A stretch of DNA of 64,000 nucleotides from an uncultured Planctomycetota bacterium (GTDB taxonomy: Bacteria; Planctomycetota; Planctomycetia; Isosphaerales; Isosphaeraceae), in the NCBI GenBank assembly GCA_963823665.1, contig CAWGMQ010000004.1, positions 704,001 through 768,000 of the forward strand, written 5' to 3'. The notes beneath the pieces are model-generated. The model was not told the DNA's origin. It ran no database searches and saw only the letters and a list, made by a program, of their open reading frames with translations. The position numbers and the translations under genes were made by a program. Positions 1-9,062 of this stretch are shown here, one piece after another (position 1 is the stretch's first letter; the number at the start of each line of letters is the position of its first letter).

Positions 1-7
1 CTGGCCG

Positions 8-89
8 GCCTAACGCAGCGCCTGGCACCCGTCCGAGGCACGCCTCATTTGTAGATCGATCGGGCGTGATCAGGCTGTTTCGGATCGGA
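8..89 (-). mobile_element. degenerate attC-like site
   Basis: Minus strand ends in canonical GTTAGGC (GTTRRRY) with partly complementary arms GCCTG..CAC..CCG / CGG..GTG..CAGGC. The 5' box reads TCCGATC rather than RYYYAAC. Confidence 0.3.
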
Positions 90-303
90 ACTCGGCGGTG
101 GCTGGCCGATTCTCGATTGTGAAGCGGGGCAGCGCGAGTATGACCATCTGGCCTGCCTTTTGGTGGTCGTCTAAATCGCTGAGATCCCCGGCACAGCATC
201 GGTTACCTCATCAACGAAGTGGCCATGCCGGAAGATATCGTAAGGGGCGATGCGATCGCCGCATGGCGCATCGTGGTCGGAGAACGCAACCTCCCAACAA
301 CCA

Positions 304-1348
304 TCAGCGTTTCGCGCCCGCCGCCGGACGCATTGGATCACCTGCGGTGACTCGCGCGGTCGGCGGCTTGCTGCTATCGGGTTGCCGTTGACCGACCACC
401 AGTTCATCGAGTAATGCAAATAAGCGATCCCATGGCCGTGCCCTCCGATTCGTAAAGTCGAGATACTGGAACGCTTCCAGCCGCGGGTGAATGGGCGTTT
501 CTCGGAGAAGCAATGGGACAACCCTTAAGCCTAGCCCCAGTCCGTATGCCCACTCATACGTGACGTACTCCGATGCCTTGCTGTCCGGTGATAAGACAAG
601 GATTACGGCGCGGGAACCAAGGATTGCTTCGTCAATCTCCTTTCTCCAATCGGTACCCGCCTCGAGAACATCTGTGTCGATCCACCCGGTGTAGCCCGCT
701 TGGGCCATGCGGGATTTCAGATTCTCCGCGAAATCACCGTCTTCTTTGGCGTGAGAAATAAAAAAAGTGCGTTGAACCTTCGGGGTTTGATCGTTTTGAG
801 TTGGGCTGTCCGCGGTTCGCTCGGCGCTGCCCTCGCCCGTATCCGTCTTCCGCTGGGCCTCTGCCAGATCCACGTGCAATTCGGGGGGAGATTCTTCTAG
901 CTGATGGAGGATGGCTACTAAGACCTCCGTAAAGTCGGCCCACATTCGGTCTCGTTTTGCCCTCGGCAGTTCGGAGATCGCGCGGCCGTCGCGCGGCCAA
1001 ACCTGATAATACGCCAGCGGAGTCTGAACCCAGAGCGCGGGTCGGACGATGATTGGGAGAACACGAAGCTGTCTCTGCTTATGTTTCTCAAGAAGTTGTG
1101 GCAGCTCTTCTTCCTGAATCCACTTTGATGCCAAGTAGTCTGGCGGAGACCAGTAGGATGGCGAGATCGGCCCGATCGAGAGCTTGAGCGATTTGCTCAT
1201 GCCAGTCGCTACCGGGTTCGGCGGCCCTGTCGGACCACACTTGGAAATCTGCTGTACGTTCGAAGGGCCGTAGAAACCTCAGCAGTTCGTCCGCGATGGC
1301 TTTATCCCGGTGACTGTAGCTCAAGAACACGACAGGTCTCGAAGTCAT
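304..1348 (-). CDS. tandem TIR-TIR domain protein (frameshift near 1140 joins ORFs 1088..1348 and 304..1200)
   Basis: TIR1 reads VFLSYSHRD...VWSD...GSDW..QI..AL..ADLAILLVS, then continues in the other frame as PDYLASKWIQEEEL. After a low-complexity linker, TIR2 reads FFISHAKED...WID...GTDW..EI..AI...VILVLSPDSKASEYVTYEW. Confidence 0.85.
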
Positions 1349-1366
1349 AACCCATTCTCCGAGGAA

Positions 1367-1464
1367 GCTGAACGCAAAAGCTCAGCAGCGGCGAACATGC
1401 TAAGAGACCGAAACTCCGAGAAACCACTATCGCGGCCTCTTTCTGCTGGAGCGTTCGGTTGGGC
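1367..1464 (-). mobile_element. integron attC-like recombination site
   Basis: Minus strand: GCCCAAC-CGAAC(5 nt)-GCTC[C]AGCAG ... CTGCTGAGC-TTTTGC(6 nt)-GTTCAGC. This matches attC geometry, including the extrahelical base in the first L box. The TIR-TIR RBS (GGAGA) and ATG follow within 20 nt. Confidence 0.65.
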
Positions 1465-1750
1465 GTGGAACCAGTCCGAATCCGGAAGGGGGACCTTAAT
1501 TGCGATCGCCCACGTGATGAAGATCCGGTCACGCGCGATACTGACCGGCGCCGTTTGCCCTGGCGCTGAACCGGTTTTCATACTAAGGCACGCCCGTTGA
1601 CCTACCGCGCGCGCCGGGCATCATCGTGCAGCCTGCCCGTTGGCCCGTCACGGTATCAGAACATGCCGCCGAATCTCGGTCAACAATCGACCCTCGGGAC
1701 ACTCCAGGATCGTGGAGCGGCAAATGGCGGTTCGGACGGGGCCGCCCGCC

Positions 1751-1800
1751 GGCCGCCGGATTTTGAGTCCGGCGCGTCTGCCATCTGCGTGACATTGGGC
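1751..1800 (-). pseudogene. 5' half relic of tRNA-Leu(CAA)
   Basis: Minus strand GCCCAATGTCACGCAGATGGCAGACGCGCCGGACTCAAAATCCGGCGGCC has the D-arm TGGCAGACGC and a perfect anticodon stem-loop CCGGA-CTCAAAA-TCCGG. No T-arm (GTTCRA) or 3' acceptor strand follows. Confidence 0.7.
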
Positions 1801-2056
1801 TGATGTTGGATTGACGTTGATTTCAGGGGTTTTGTCGAGGTCTACGATAGCCCTCGGCCTTCGCTCGCATTGTAGTCGCATTGGGCTCGCACGGGCAATG
1901 TGTGCAGAAGAACTGCAGAAGCGCTTCCGCTGGGGCATAAAAGCCAAAGCAGAGACTATGCTCTGTGACGACCGCGGGGCTGAACTGAAGTTGCTATACT
2001 CTAGGGCGCCGTACTTCCGGTTAGTCTTTTGACCTCGCTCCGGTTCGGGTGTCGGC

Positions 2057-5000
2057 ATGGTAAAGAGCGGAACGAGTGGCGGAGCGGCCGCTGCCGGGGG
2101 ATTCTCCTTTCAGGCGAGCATCGCCGCCTGGGCGGCGGTCGGTGTACTCGCGGCCCGATCCGTAACGCCCCGTTGGGGATTAAACCCCAAAGCCTATTTC
2201 ACCGAGGTTCATTGCGAGACAGGGCTGCCCGTCGATGACATAATGATCATCACATCCGAGTCCGGCGTCGTCTATCTGCAAGCGAAGCGTGGTATCTCAC
2301 TGGAGTCCGCGCCGGAGTCGCCGCTTGGATCGACAATCGGGCAATTCGTCAAGCAGTTCCTGTCGCAGCGTCACCAGGAAGGAGGTCAGCGCCCGCGGGA
2401 ACGTCCACTTGATCCGGAGCGCGATCGTCTCGTGCTTATGACCCACGGTCAAGCCCCGAGATGGGCGCATTCCGAATTGCCGCGTGTGCTAGAACGATTT
2501 CGGCAAGACGAGGGATGCGTTTCCCTCACAGATGCCGCCAAGAACAAGAATGAGCGTTCCGCAGCAGAAACAGTAATCGCACACGTTCGAGCATCCTGGC
2601 AGTCTGAAACGCAGACCGCTCCTTCACCAGCAGACCTCCGTGTTTTTTTCTCAGTGATGCGAGTCGATTCGCTCGATGTCAGAATCGACGGTATCGATGG
2701 GCGTGACGATTTCGTGGCAATGGATACGCTACGGCAGGTAGTGTTAAAGGAACCTGAACAGGCCGAAACCGCATACAAGCTCCTCAAGGAATTCTGCGGC
2801 TTACTGATAGCAAATCGTGGCAGTGCGAATGGTCGCGAGCTCGAGCGGCAGCTCTCGCGCAACAATTTAGCGGTTCGGTCGGCCATCGACCGCACTTTCT
2901 ATTCCGAGCTAAAGAAGTATGCCAAGGATTTTGGTGAACTAATCCAAGAAGAGACAAAACGGTTTGTCGGACGGGATCAGATCTTTGAGAAATTGGCGAG
3001 CTTTGCAAAAACGCACCCATGCGGCTACTTCACTATCGTTGCGGATGCTGGGCTTGGTAAGACGGCGCTCGCCGCGATGTGGGCGAAGCGATCGAGCGCA
3101 TCCGCCTTCTTCGCCAACGCGAGCGCGGGCCTGACCCGAGCTGACCAGTGCCTCAACCATCTAGCGGTCGATCTGATCAGACGCTTCGCGCTTCCGCATG
3201 ACCACCTCCCTCTCCGCGCTGGTGAGGACTCAGCTTTTCTGAGCACTGTTCTCTCCGAGGCTGTTGCTAGGTCATCGAAACCAATCTGGATCGTCGTCGA
3301 TGCGCTCGACGAGGCCGAGCCGCCCGGTCCAGGGCGTAACCCGCTACTGCTGCCCGATCGGCTTCCCGACGGTGTACACATCCTCCTGACGCACCGCCCC
3401 GGCCAGATTGCGCTTGTCACGGCCGGTGAGACGGCCGACGAGGAGTATCCGATAGCCTGGGACGACGCGGCTCAGCAAGCCGTCATAGGGGCTTATCTCC
3501 GCCAGGAAGCTGATCGGCCAGAGATCCGCTGGGCGCGTGAATCGGCAAGCCCGCCAATCACGATCGATCGGTTCGTCGACCTTCTGCAATGCAAGAGCGA
3601 GGGGAACCTCCAGTATCTTGAGTACGTACTGGCCGACATCGCCGAGAGCAAGCGGGCGCTCAGGCCGAGCGATCTCGAGTCTCTCCCGAGTAAGCTGCGG
3701 GGCTATTACCAGAAGAAGTTCTGGGAATACATGGAGCAGGTGCGCGACCGTGAGGGCGCCGGGCAATGGGAACAATTCTATGTCCCCGTGATCGAGTTCC
3801 TCGCAGCAGCGAGCGAGCCGGTGACAGCCACTTGGCTGGCCGCGCAAGTCAACCGTCAGCCGAATGAAATCGAGAGGCGCGCGCTGAAGCCCTGGCGGCG
3901 ATTCCTCAGCCAGGAGGGTCGAAGTTCGGATGAGCAAAGGCGTCCCCGACGTTGGCGCGTGGTCCATCAGTCGTTCATCGATTTTCTGGATGAGGAAAAG
4001 GTGGCCGATCTCCGCGCGGCGCACGATCGGGTCGTCAACTATTACCTTTCTGCCTGGGGCGGTCTGGAGGCTGGACTTCCCGCCCTGTTCGACCCCGCCA
4101 GACATGATGAGCTCGATGGTTATGGCCTGCGGCACTTGGCCGAGCACCTCGAACGAGCCGATCGCATCGACGACCTGCACCGACTGCTCCGCCGGGAGCG
4201 GCGCGTGGCGTTCAAGACCGCGCCATTCAGTGTCGAGAATGTCTGGTATGCTGCCCGCGAGCGAGTCTTCCAGACGGAGGGGTACCGACATGATTTGGCC
4301 CGCGCCGCCAGGTTGGTCGAAGCCTCCGCTAATACTTCCGCAGACGGGAGCGTGAAGAAGCCAATCATCGGATTTGCAATTCGCTTTGCCCTGATGTCTG
4401 CTTCCGTCAAGGACATGGCCTCGAACATTCCAGTGCCGCTGATCGCGGCTCTGGTTGCGAGAGAAGTTTGGCCCGCTTCGGAGGGCCTTGCATACGCCAG
4501 GATGCTAGCCCCAGAGGACCGGTCCGACGGTTTGATCGAAATCAGCTCGTATCTTGACGAGCACGGCAAAGAGAGGGTGCTGCGAGAGGCACTAGACGCC
4601 GCGAGGATGATCGGTGACAAATTTCGCCGGTCCACCAAGCTTGCGGACATGGGACAGATAGAGGAGGCATTGACGGCGGCGTGTGCGATCGATGATGAGC
4701 GGCGGCGCGTCGAGGCCATCGGAAATCTTGCACCGTACCTCGCAGATCCAGCGCACGTTGATCAGGCGCTGACGGTCGTCAGGGAGGTACGCGACTCAGC
4801 ACATCGAGCCCGCGGCCTGGCCGCGCTGCACCGGCCGGAGGACGCACTGACAGCGGTGCGGGACATCGACGACGAATGGGCGCGAGCCGGCGTTCTGAGG
4901 AATATCGCGCCTCGCTTGATGTATCTGTCCGAGGTTGAGCAGGCGCTCGCCATGGCAAGGGATATCCGCGACGAAGAAGCTTGCGCCCACGCTGTCGAGC

Positions 5001-6607
5001 CATTGACGATCCGCTTGACGGATCTGTGCTCGGTGGAGCACGCAGTTGCGATCGCGCGGGGAACCGAGGATCAATGGTTAAAGCGCCGAGTGCTGGCGGC
5101 ACTCGCCCTAAAGCTCGCGACGCTTGGCCTTCTAGATGAGGCATTCGTGCTCGCGCAGGAGTCCGACGACGACGAAACTCGAGCCCGGCTACTGGCACGG
5201 TCGGGGCGAGTGGCGGACGCGATAACGGCGGCTGAGCGGATCAAAGAGGACGGCGATAGAGAGTGGTTTTTGAGGGAGCAGACGTGCGAACTGGTGGAAG
5301 CGGGTCGGATCGACGACGCACTGGTCGTGGCGCGAAGGATCGATACCGAAAATGCTCGCGCTGCCGCTTTTGTTGTTCTTTTGCCAAGACTTGCCGAGGC
5401 GGGCCGAGTCGACGAAGCGCTGGCGATGGCGCAGGGGATCGGAGACGAATGGTATCGCGCCACTGCCCTGGCGGATTTGGTACGACACCTCGATCCAACG
5501 CGCACGACACAGCTACTCGCCGAAGCAAGGGAGATCGACGATGCTAGAAGCCGAGCCGAGCTCCTCGCGGCCTTGGATGAGTTGCAAGACGCCCTGATCG
5601 CCGTCGGCCAAATCGGAGTGGAGGAGGACGACCAAGACAACGTTCTGCTGGCGCTCGTGAACCGCCTTGTGATGCTGAGGAAAATCGAGGCTGCACTGGC
5701 GCTAGCGTCGAAAATCCGCGACGAAGGATCTCGATTCGAGGCGATATTCGTACTCGTGCCGCATCTCACCACGGTCAGTCAGCTCAGGGAGGCACTGGCC
5801 GTGGCACGGGTAATTGGCGACGCGTCAGAGTCGGACAGCGCACTCGCGGAGCTGGCACCGTGGCTGGCTGAGTCGCGTGGCATCGACGAGGCGCTGGCAC
5901 TGGCGTGGAGGATCAGGTCTCCCTGGGACAAGGCCCTAGCACTAGCACTGCTCGGCCGACTCCATCAGGCTATCGCCTCGGCTCGGAGAATCGATGACGA
6001 CGACTCACGGGACTTTGCCTGGGATCAAATTGTTCGCCGGCTCACCGAACTCGACCGGTTGGATGAAGCGATTGCAGCGGTGCGCGAAATTGGGAAAGTG
6101 CACGGTCGTGAAAGTGCACCCGCGGTTATCGTGTGCCGCCTGGCCGAGTCGGGTCGGGTCGAGGAGGCGTTCGCGAAACTGCGGCAGATCTTCCACAAAC
6201 AGACAAGTGAGCGCGATTTCGCGCGACTCGCTCCGAGTTTGGTTCAGTCCGACAAACTGGAAGGTGCCTTCGAAGCGAAGAACGAGTTCTACGGTCCCGC
6301 GGCTCGAGCCCTGGCCCGGGCGGAACTCGGTATGGTGGGTGAAGTGCACGAAGCGCCAAGCGAGATTGGGGAAGAGCACCGCCGTAAAGACGCGCTCGCG
6401 GCTATCGTACCTCGCCTCGCGATGCTGCCGCAGGCAGAAGCTCTGTCGCTCTTGCTTGATACGATACGTGTCTCGGCGACGCGACCGCGCTCTAGTCTCC
6501 TGCTCGACCTTGTGGCTCTCGCACCGATCATCGCCGCGATTGATCCAATGGAGGCAATCGCAGAGACATGTCAAGCGATCGAAGACGTTTTCCGCTGGTG
6601 GCCGTGA
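2057..6607 (+). CDS. PD-(D/E)xK nuclease - STAND (NACHT-like) NTPase - helical repeat protein, Avs-like antiviral NLR
   Basis: N-terminus GGFSFQ...ETGLPVDDI...VYLQAK (restriction-endonuclease-like). Walker A ADAGLGKT, Walker B WIVVDALDE, SEGNLQY motif. About 650 aa of C-terminal repeats like AL.AAR.I.DE..RA.AL. Confidence 0.85.
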   Translation: MVKSGTSGGAAAAGGFSFQASIAAWAAVGVLAARSVTPRWGLNPKAYFTEVHCETGLPVDDIMIITSESGVVYLQAKRGISLESAPESPLGSTIGQFVKQFLSQRHQEGGQRPRERPLDPERDRLVLMTHGQAPRWAHSELPRVLERFRQDEGCVSLTDAAKNKNERSAAETVIAHVRASWQSETQTAPSPADLRVFFSVMRVDSLDVRIDGIDGRDDFVAMDTLRQVVLKEPEQAETAYKLLKEFCGLLIANRGSANGRELERQLSRNNLAVRSAIDRTFYSELKKYAKDFGELIQEETKRFVGRDQIFEKLASFAKTHPCGYFTIVADAGLGKTALAAMWAKRSSASAFFANASAGLTRADQCLNHLAVDLIRRFALPHDHLPLRAGEDSAFLSTVLSEAVARSSKPIWIVVDALDEAEPPGPGRNPLLLPDRLPDGVHILLTHRPGQIALVTAGETADEEYPIAWDDAAQQAVIGAYLRQEADRPEIRWARESASPPITIDRFVDLLQCKSEGNLQYLEYVLADIAESKRALRPSDLESLPSKLRGYYQKKFWEYMEQVRDREGAGQWEQFYVPVIEFLAAASEPVTATWLAAQVNRQPNEIERRALKPWRRFLSQEGRSSDEQRRPRRWRVVHQSFIDFLDEEKVADLRAAHDRVVNYYLSAWGGLEAGLPALFDPARHDELDGYGLRHLAEHLERADRIDDLHRLLRRERRVAFKTAPFSVENVWYAARERVFQTEGYRHDLARAARLVEASANTSADGSVKKPIIGFAIRFALMSASVKDMASNIPVPLIAALVAREVWPASEGLAYARMLAPEDRSDGLIEISSYLDEHGKERVLREALDAARMIGDKFRRSTKLADMGQIEEALTAACAIDDERRRVEAIGNLAPYLADPAHVDQALTVVREVRDSAHRARGLAALHRPEDALTAVRDIDDEWARAGVLRNIAPRLMYLSEVEQALAMARDIRDEEACAHAVEPLTIRLTDLCSVEHAVAIARGTEDQWLKRRVLAALALKLATLGLLDEAFVLAQESDDDETRARLLARSGRVADAITAAERIKEDGDREWFLREQTCELVEAGRIDDALVVARRIDTENARAAAFVVLLPRLAEAGRVDEALAMAQGIGDEWYRATALADLVRHLDPTRTTQLLAEAREIDDARSRAELLAALDELQDALIAVGQIGVEEDDQDNVLLALVNRLVMLRKIEAALALASKIRDEGSRFEAIFVLVPHLTTVSQLREALAVARVIGDASESDSALAELAPWLAESRGIDEALALAWRIRSPWDKALALALLGRLHQAIASARRIDDDDSRDFAWDQIVRRLTELDRLDEAIAAVREIGKVHGRESAPAVIVCRLAESGRVEEAFAKLRQIFHKQTSERDFARLAPSLVQSDKLEGAFEAKNEFYGPAARALARAELGMVGEVHEAPSEIGEEHRRKDALAAIVPRLAMLPQAEALSLLLDTIRVSATRPRSSLLLDLVALAPIIAAIDPMEAIAETCQAIEDVFRWWP

Positions 6608-6911
6608 GCAACATGCACGCGCGCTTCCCAGCCGGAGGTGTTTACGGGTGAGAGCCTTTCGAGCAAGCCTCGGCTTTCCGCGATGTGGTTCAGGCTATGC
6701 TCGGTTTTCCTCTTTCGGTGCAAACCGCGACTCGAGGCGAAGGGCTTCGTCCAGCGCCGCGAGCTCTTCCGGCTAATCGACCAGGCATAATGACGCGATG
6801 TACAGCCCTTACCACCGGTTGCCAGGGCTTGACGCAGTGATGCGCATCTGACCCATTTTCACCTACCGCCGACGTTGATTCGCCTATAGTGTTCCGATAT
6901 ACACTATCGAA

Positions 6912-7196
6912 ATGAGGATTCTCAGCCGAAGACAAGCACAGGCGACCCGCGACCGAATCAGGCCCATGATGGAGTTCGTGTACCGCTGCCGTTGCCGCAT
7001 GGACGAACTGGGGTTCGACCCCAGCGGACCGATCTACGTTGCGATCCACCAAGCTTACGAAGCGTTGCAGGACCTAAATGCGGAGTTGTTCTGCCAATCG
7101 CACGGGCGCGAATCAGCGAAGCCACCTGCTAAGCCGCCAGGCGTCACTCGGGCCAAGGATCAGGCTCAACAATCACCCGACCGTCCGGATGATTGA
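6912..7196 (+). CDS. small hypothetical protein
   Basis: 94-aa ORF with plausible helical composition (RMDELGFDPSGPIYVAIHQAYEALQDL) in an otherwise empty gap. Confidence 0.5.
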   Translation: MRILSRRQAQATRDRIRPMMEFVYRCRCRMDELGFDPSGPIYVAIHQAYEALQDLNAELFCQSHGRESAKPPAKPPGVTRAKDQAQQSPDRPDD

Positions 7197-7258
7197 TCGC
7201 AACTCCCCATCGTTGGGAAGCGTCACAAGCCGAACCGCGGTCGGTGCGAATTTTGTCA

Positions 7259-8302
7259 TCAAGCAGGTTTGACTCCCGTCGACTCCTCGGATTTGAGGTC
7301 TCTGAGCAATCGGGCGAAGGCGGATTCAAACGAGTCGTGGTCTTTCCAGTTCGTGAAGTCGGGTATAAAGAACTTCCGAACTTCCGCTGCCAAATCTTCT
7401 CCAGAGCTGTCCGGCAGTTCCCAGGCTCTGATCCTGTCGAAGTCCGTGATCCGAATCGGGAACAGCTTGCGTCGGCCCTCGCGCTTTTCGGCTGACCTTG
7501 CTCGGCGAATTTCAGTCGCCACCCAAGTGCTCTTCATGCTGGATTCAGAGAGGACAAGTAGGAGCTTGTCGTGAATTCGGATCGCCTCGTCGATCTGGGG
7601 GTGTAGTTCTCGTCCAGCTTTCATGTGCTCTTCGTCAAGCCAAACGCGAGTACCTTGATCCCTCATGCCTACGAAGAGGCGCCGAGCAAAATCCTTGTCC
7701 ACCGAGCTATGGCTGATGAAACACGAATAGAACTGGATTGGGTTCATCGAGCCAATCAATGACGGTAGATACTCGACAAACGCGTCTGGCACACCGCAAC
7801 CTCGTAGAAATTCTTCTGGGATGTTGCCATTTACGCGCAAGAGCGTATCGATGCTGATCGTGCTCGGACCATGGTGTTGCACGGTTTCGAGGCCCTTCAC
7901 GTCGGAAAGATCCACTTTTGTGAAGGCTGTGTTCAGACACTTGCAGCTGGGAAGTTCAGCGCCGCTAAGCTTAGCCTCGGTTAAGTCGGCTCCCCTGAGG
8001 TCGGCCCCGCTGAGGTTTGCCCTGACGAAGGTGGCGCCGCCGAAGTCGCATCTAGCGAGAACGGCCCCTCGCAAGTCGACCTCGGTGAGGTCGGCGCCGT
8101 CGAGGTGGGCCTCACTGAGGACGGCCCCCGCGAGGCGGGCCATTCTGAGGTCGACCTCGTAGAGGTCGGCTTTGCTAACGATAATCCCTTGTAAGTTGGC
8201 CGCACGAAGGTCGGATTTGTAAAGCTCGGCCCGGCGAAGGCTAGGGAATTTCTCGCCCGTCCTTCGCCGTTTATTCCATTCGATGCGCCTCTGCCGCTTC
8301 AC
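7259..8302 (-). CDS. pentapeptide-repeat plus C-terminal TIR domain protein, native N-terminus probably lost
   Basis: A(D/N)L(S/R)G-type pentapeptide repeats, the linker GLETVQHHGPSTISIDTL, then TIR FYSCFISHSSVDKDFARRL...SMKSTWVATEI. The ORF part above ~8300 is antisense to the S1/P1 fragment, so the start is uncertain (GTG at 8302 used). Confidence 0.85.
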   Translation of the reverse strand: MKRQRRIEWNKRRRTGEKFPSLRRAELYKSDLRAANLQGIIVSKADLYEVDLRMARLAGAVLSEAHLDGADLTEVDLRGAVLARCDFGGATFVRANLSGADLRGADLTEAKLSGAELPSCKCLNTAFTKVDLSDVKGLETVQHHGPSTISIDTLLRVNGNIPEEFLRGCGVPDAFVEYLPSLIGSMNPIQFYSCFISHSSVDKDFARRLFVGMRDQGTRVWLDEEHMKAGRELHPQIDEAIRIHDKLLLVLSESSMKSTWVATEIRRARSAEKREGRRKLFPIRITDFDRIRAWELPDSSGEDLAAEVRKFFIPDFTNWKDHDSFESAFARLLRDLKSEESTGVKPA

Positions 8303-8737
8303 GCCGTATCGATGTTCACACACGACTTCGTTCCACCAGAAGGCGACAAAGGCGGCAACAAAGTATTCGTGAAGGTGAGGGAAGATTCGCATACCATCAA
8401 TCTACATTCTCTCTGGGACGGTCTAATTCAAGGCGCGGACCGGTTCCAGTCCGTACGCAAGCGGGCGCTTGGTTTGCTTGGAAGGCCAGACATGACCAGG
8501 AACAAGTTCCCACAACTTTCGTCCGTAACCGCTGAAGACTGGACGAGAGAGCGCTTCGAGCTTGCGAAGTCGGTCGCCTACCAGGACGGTGCTATTCAGG
8601 GAAGCGGGGATAAGAACGACGGAGACGTTCTGCCGGATAACTATCCATCGACGTGCAAGAGCGTTGCTGAGCAGCATGTCGTACTCGCCGGCTACCGACT
8701 GGCTGACTTGTTGAAAAGCTTGGGGCCCTCGCTCTGA
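8294..8737 (+). pseudogene. C-terminal fragment of an S1/P1 nuclease
   Basis: PLHAVSMF...GDKGGN...NLHSLWD...LAGYRLADLL are hallmark S1/P1 motifs. The N-terminal half and the HxxxDxHQ segment before PLH are absent. Confidence 0.8.
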
Positions 8738-9062
8738 GACTCTCCGCGGATGGTCAAGACTCCGTCCGTGCGGTTTGCACGCGGATTTGCCGGCAATGGC
8801 GAGTCAGGATACCCGACCTGAGCTGCATCTAGTGCGCATGCAGATCATCTGCTAAGCTAGCGCCGCCCGGGACAGGACTTCTGGCGTTCTACGATCCTCG
8901 AGCTGCCCTATAAGGTCTGCCTCGCTGGTGTTCACTGGCTTTGCCTGTGCAATCCGTTGCTAACCGTTCGGTAGGTCAATATCTCAAGTCTGTAGATCGT
9001 CTGCCAATCGACCGAGTCTGGTCTCCACCGCCTGCGTTGCGCTCAAAGCGAAGACAAGGTGG

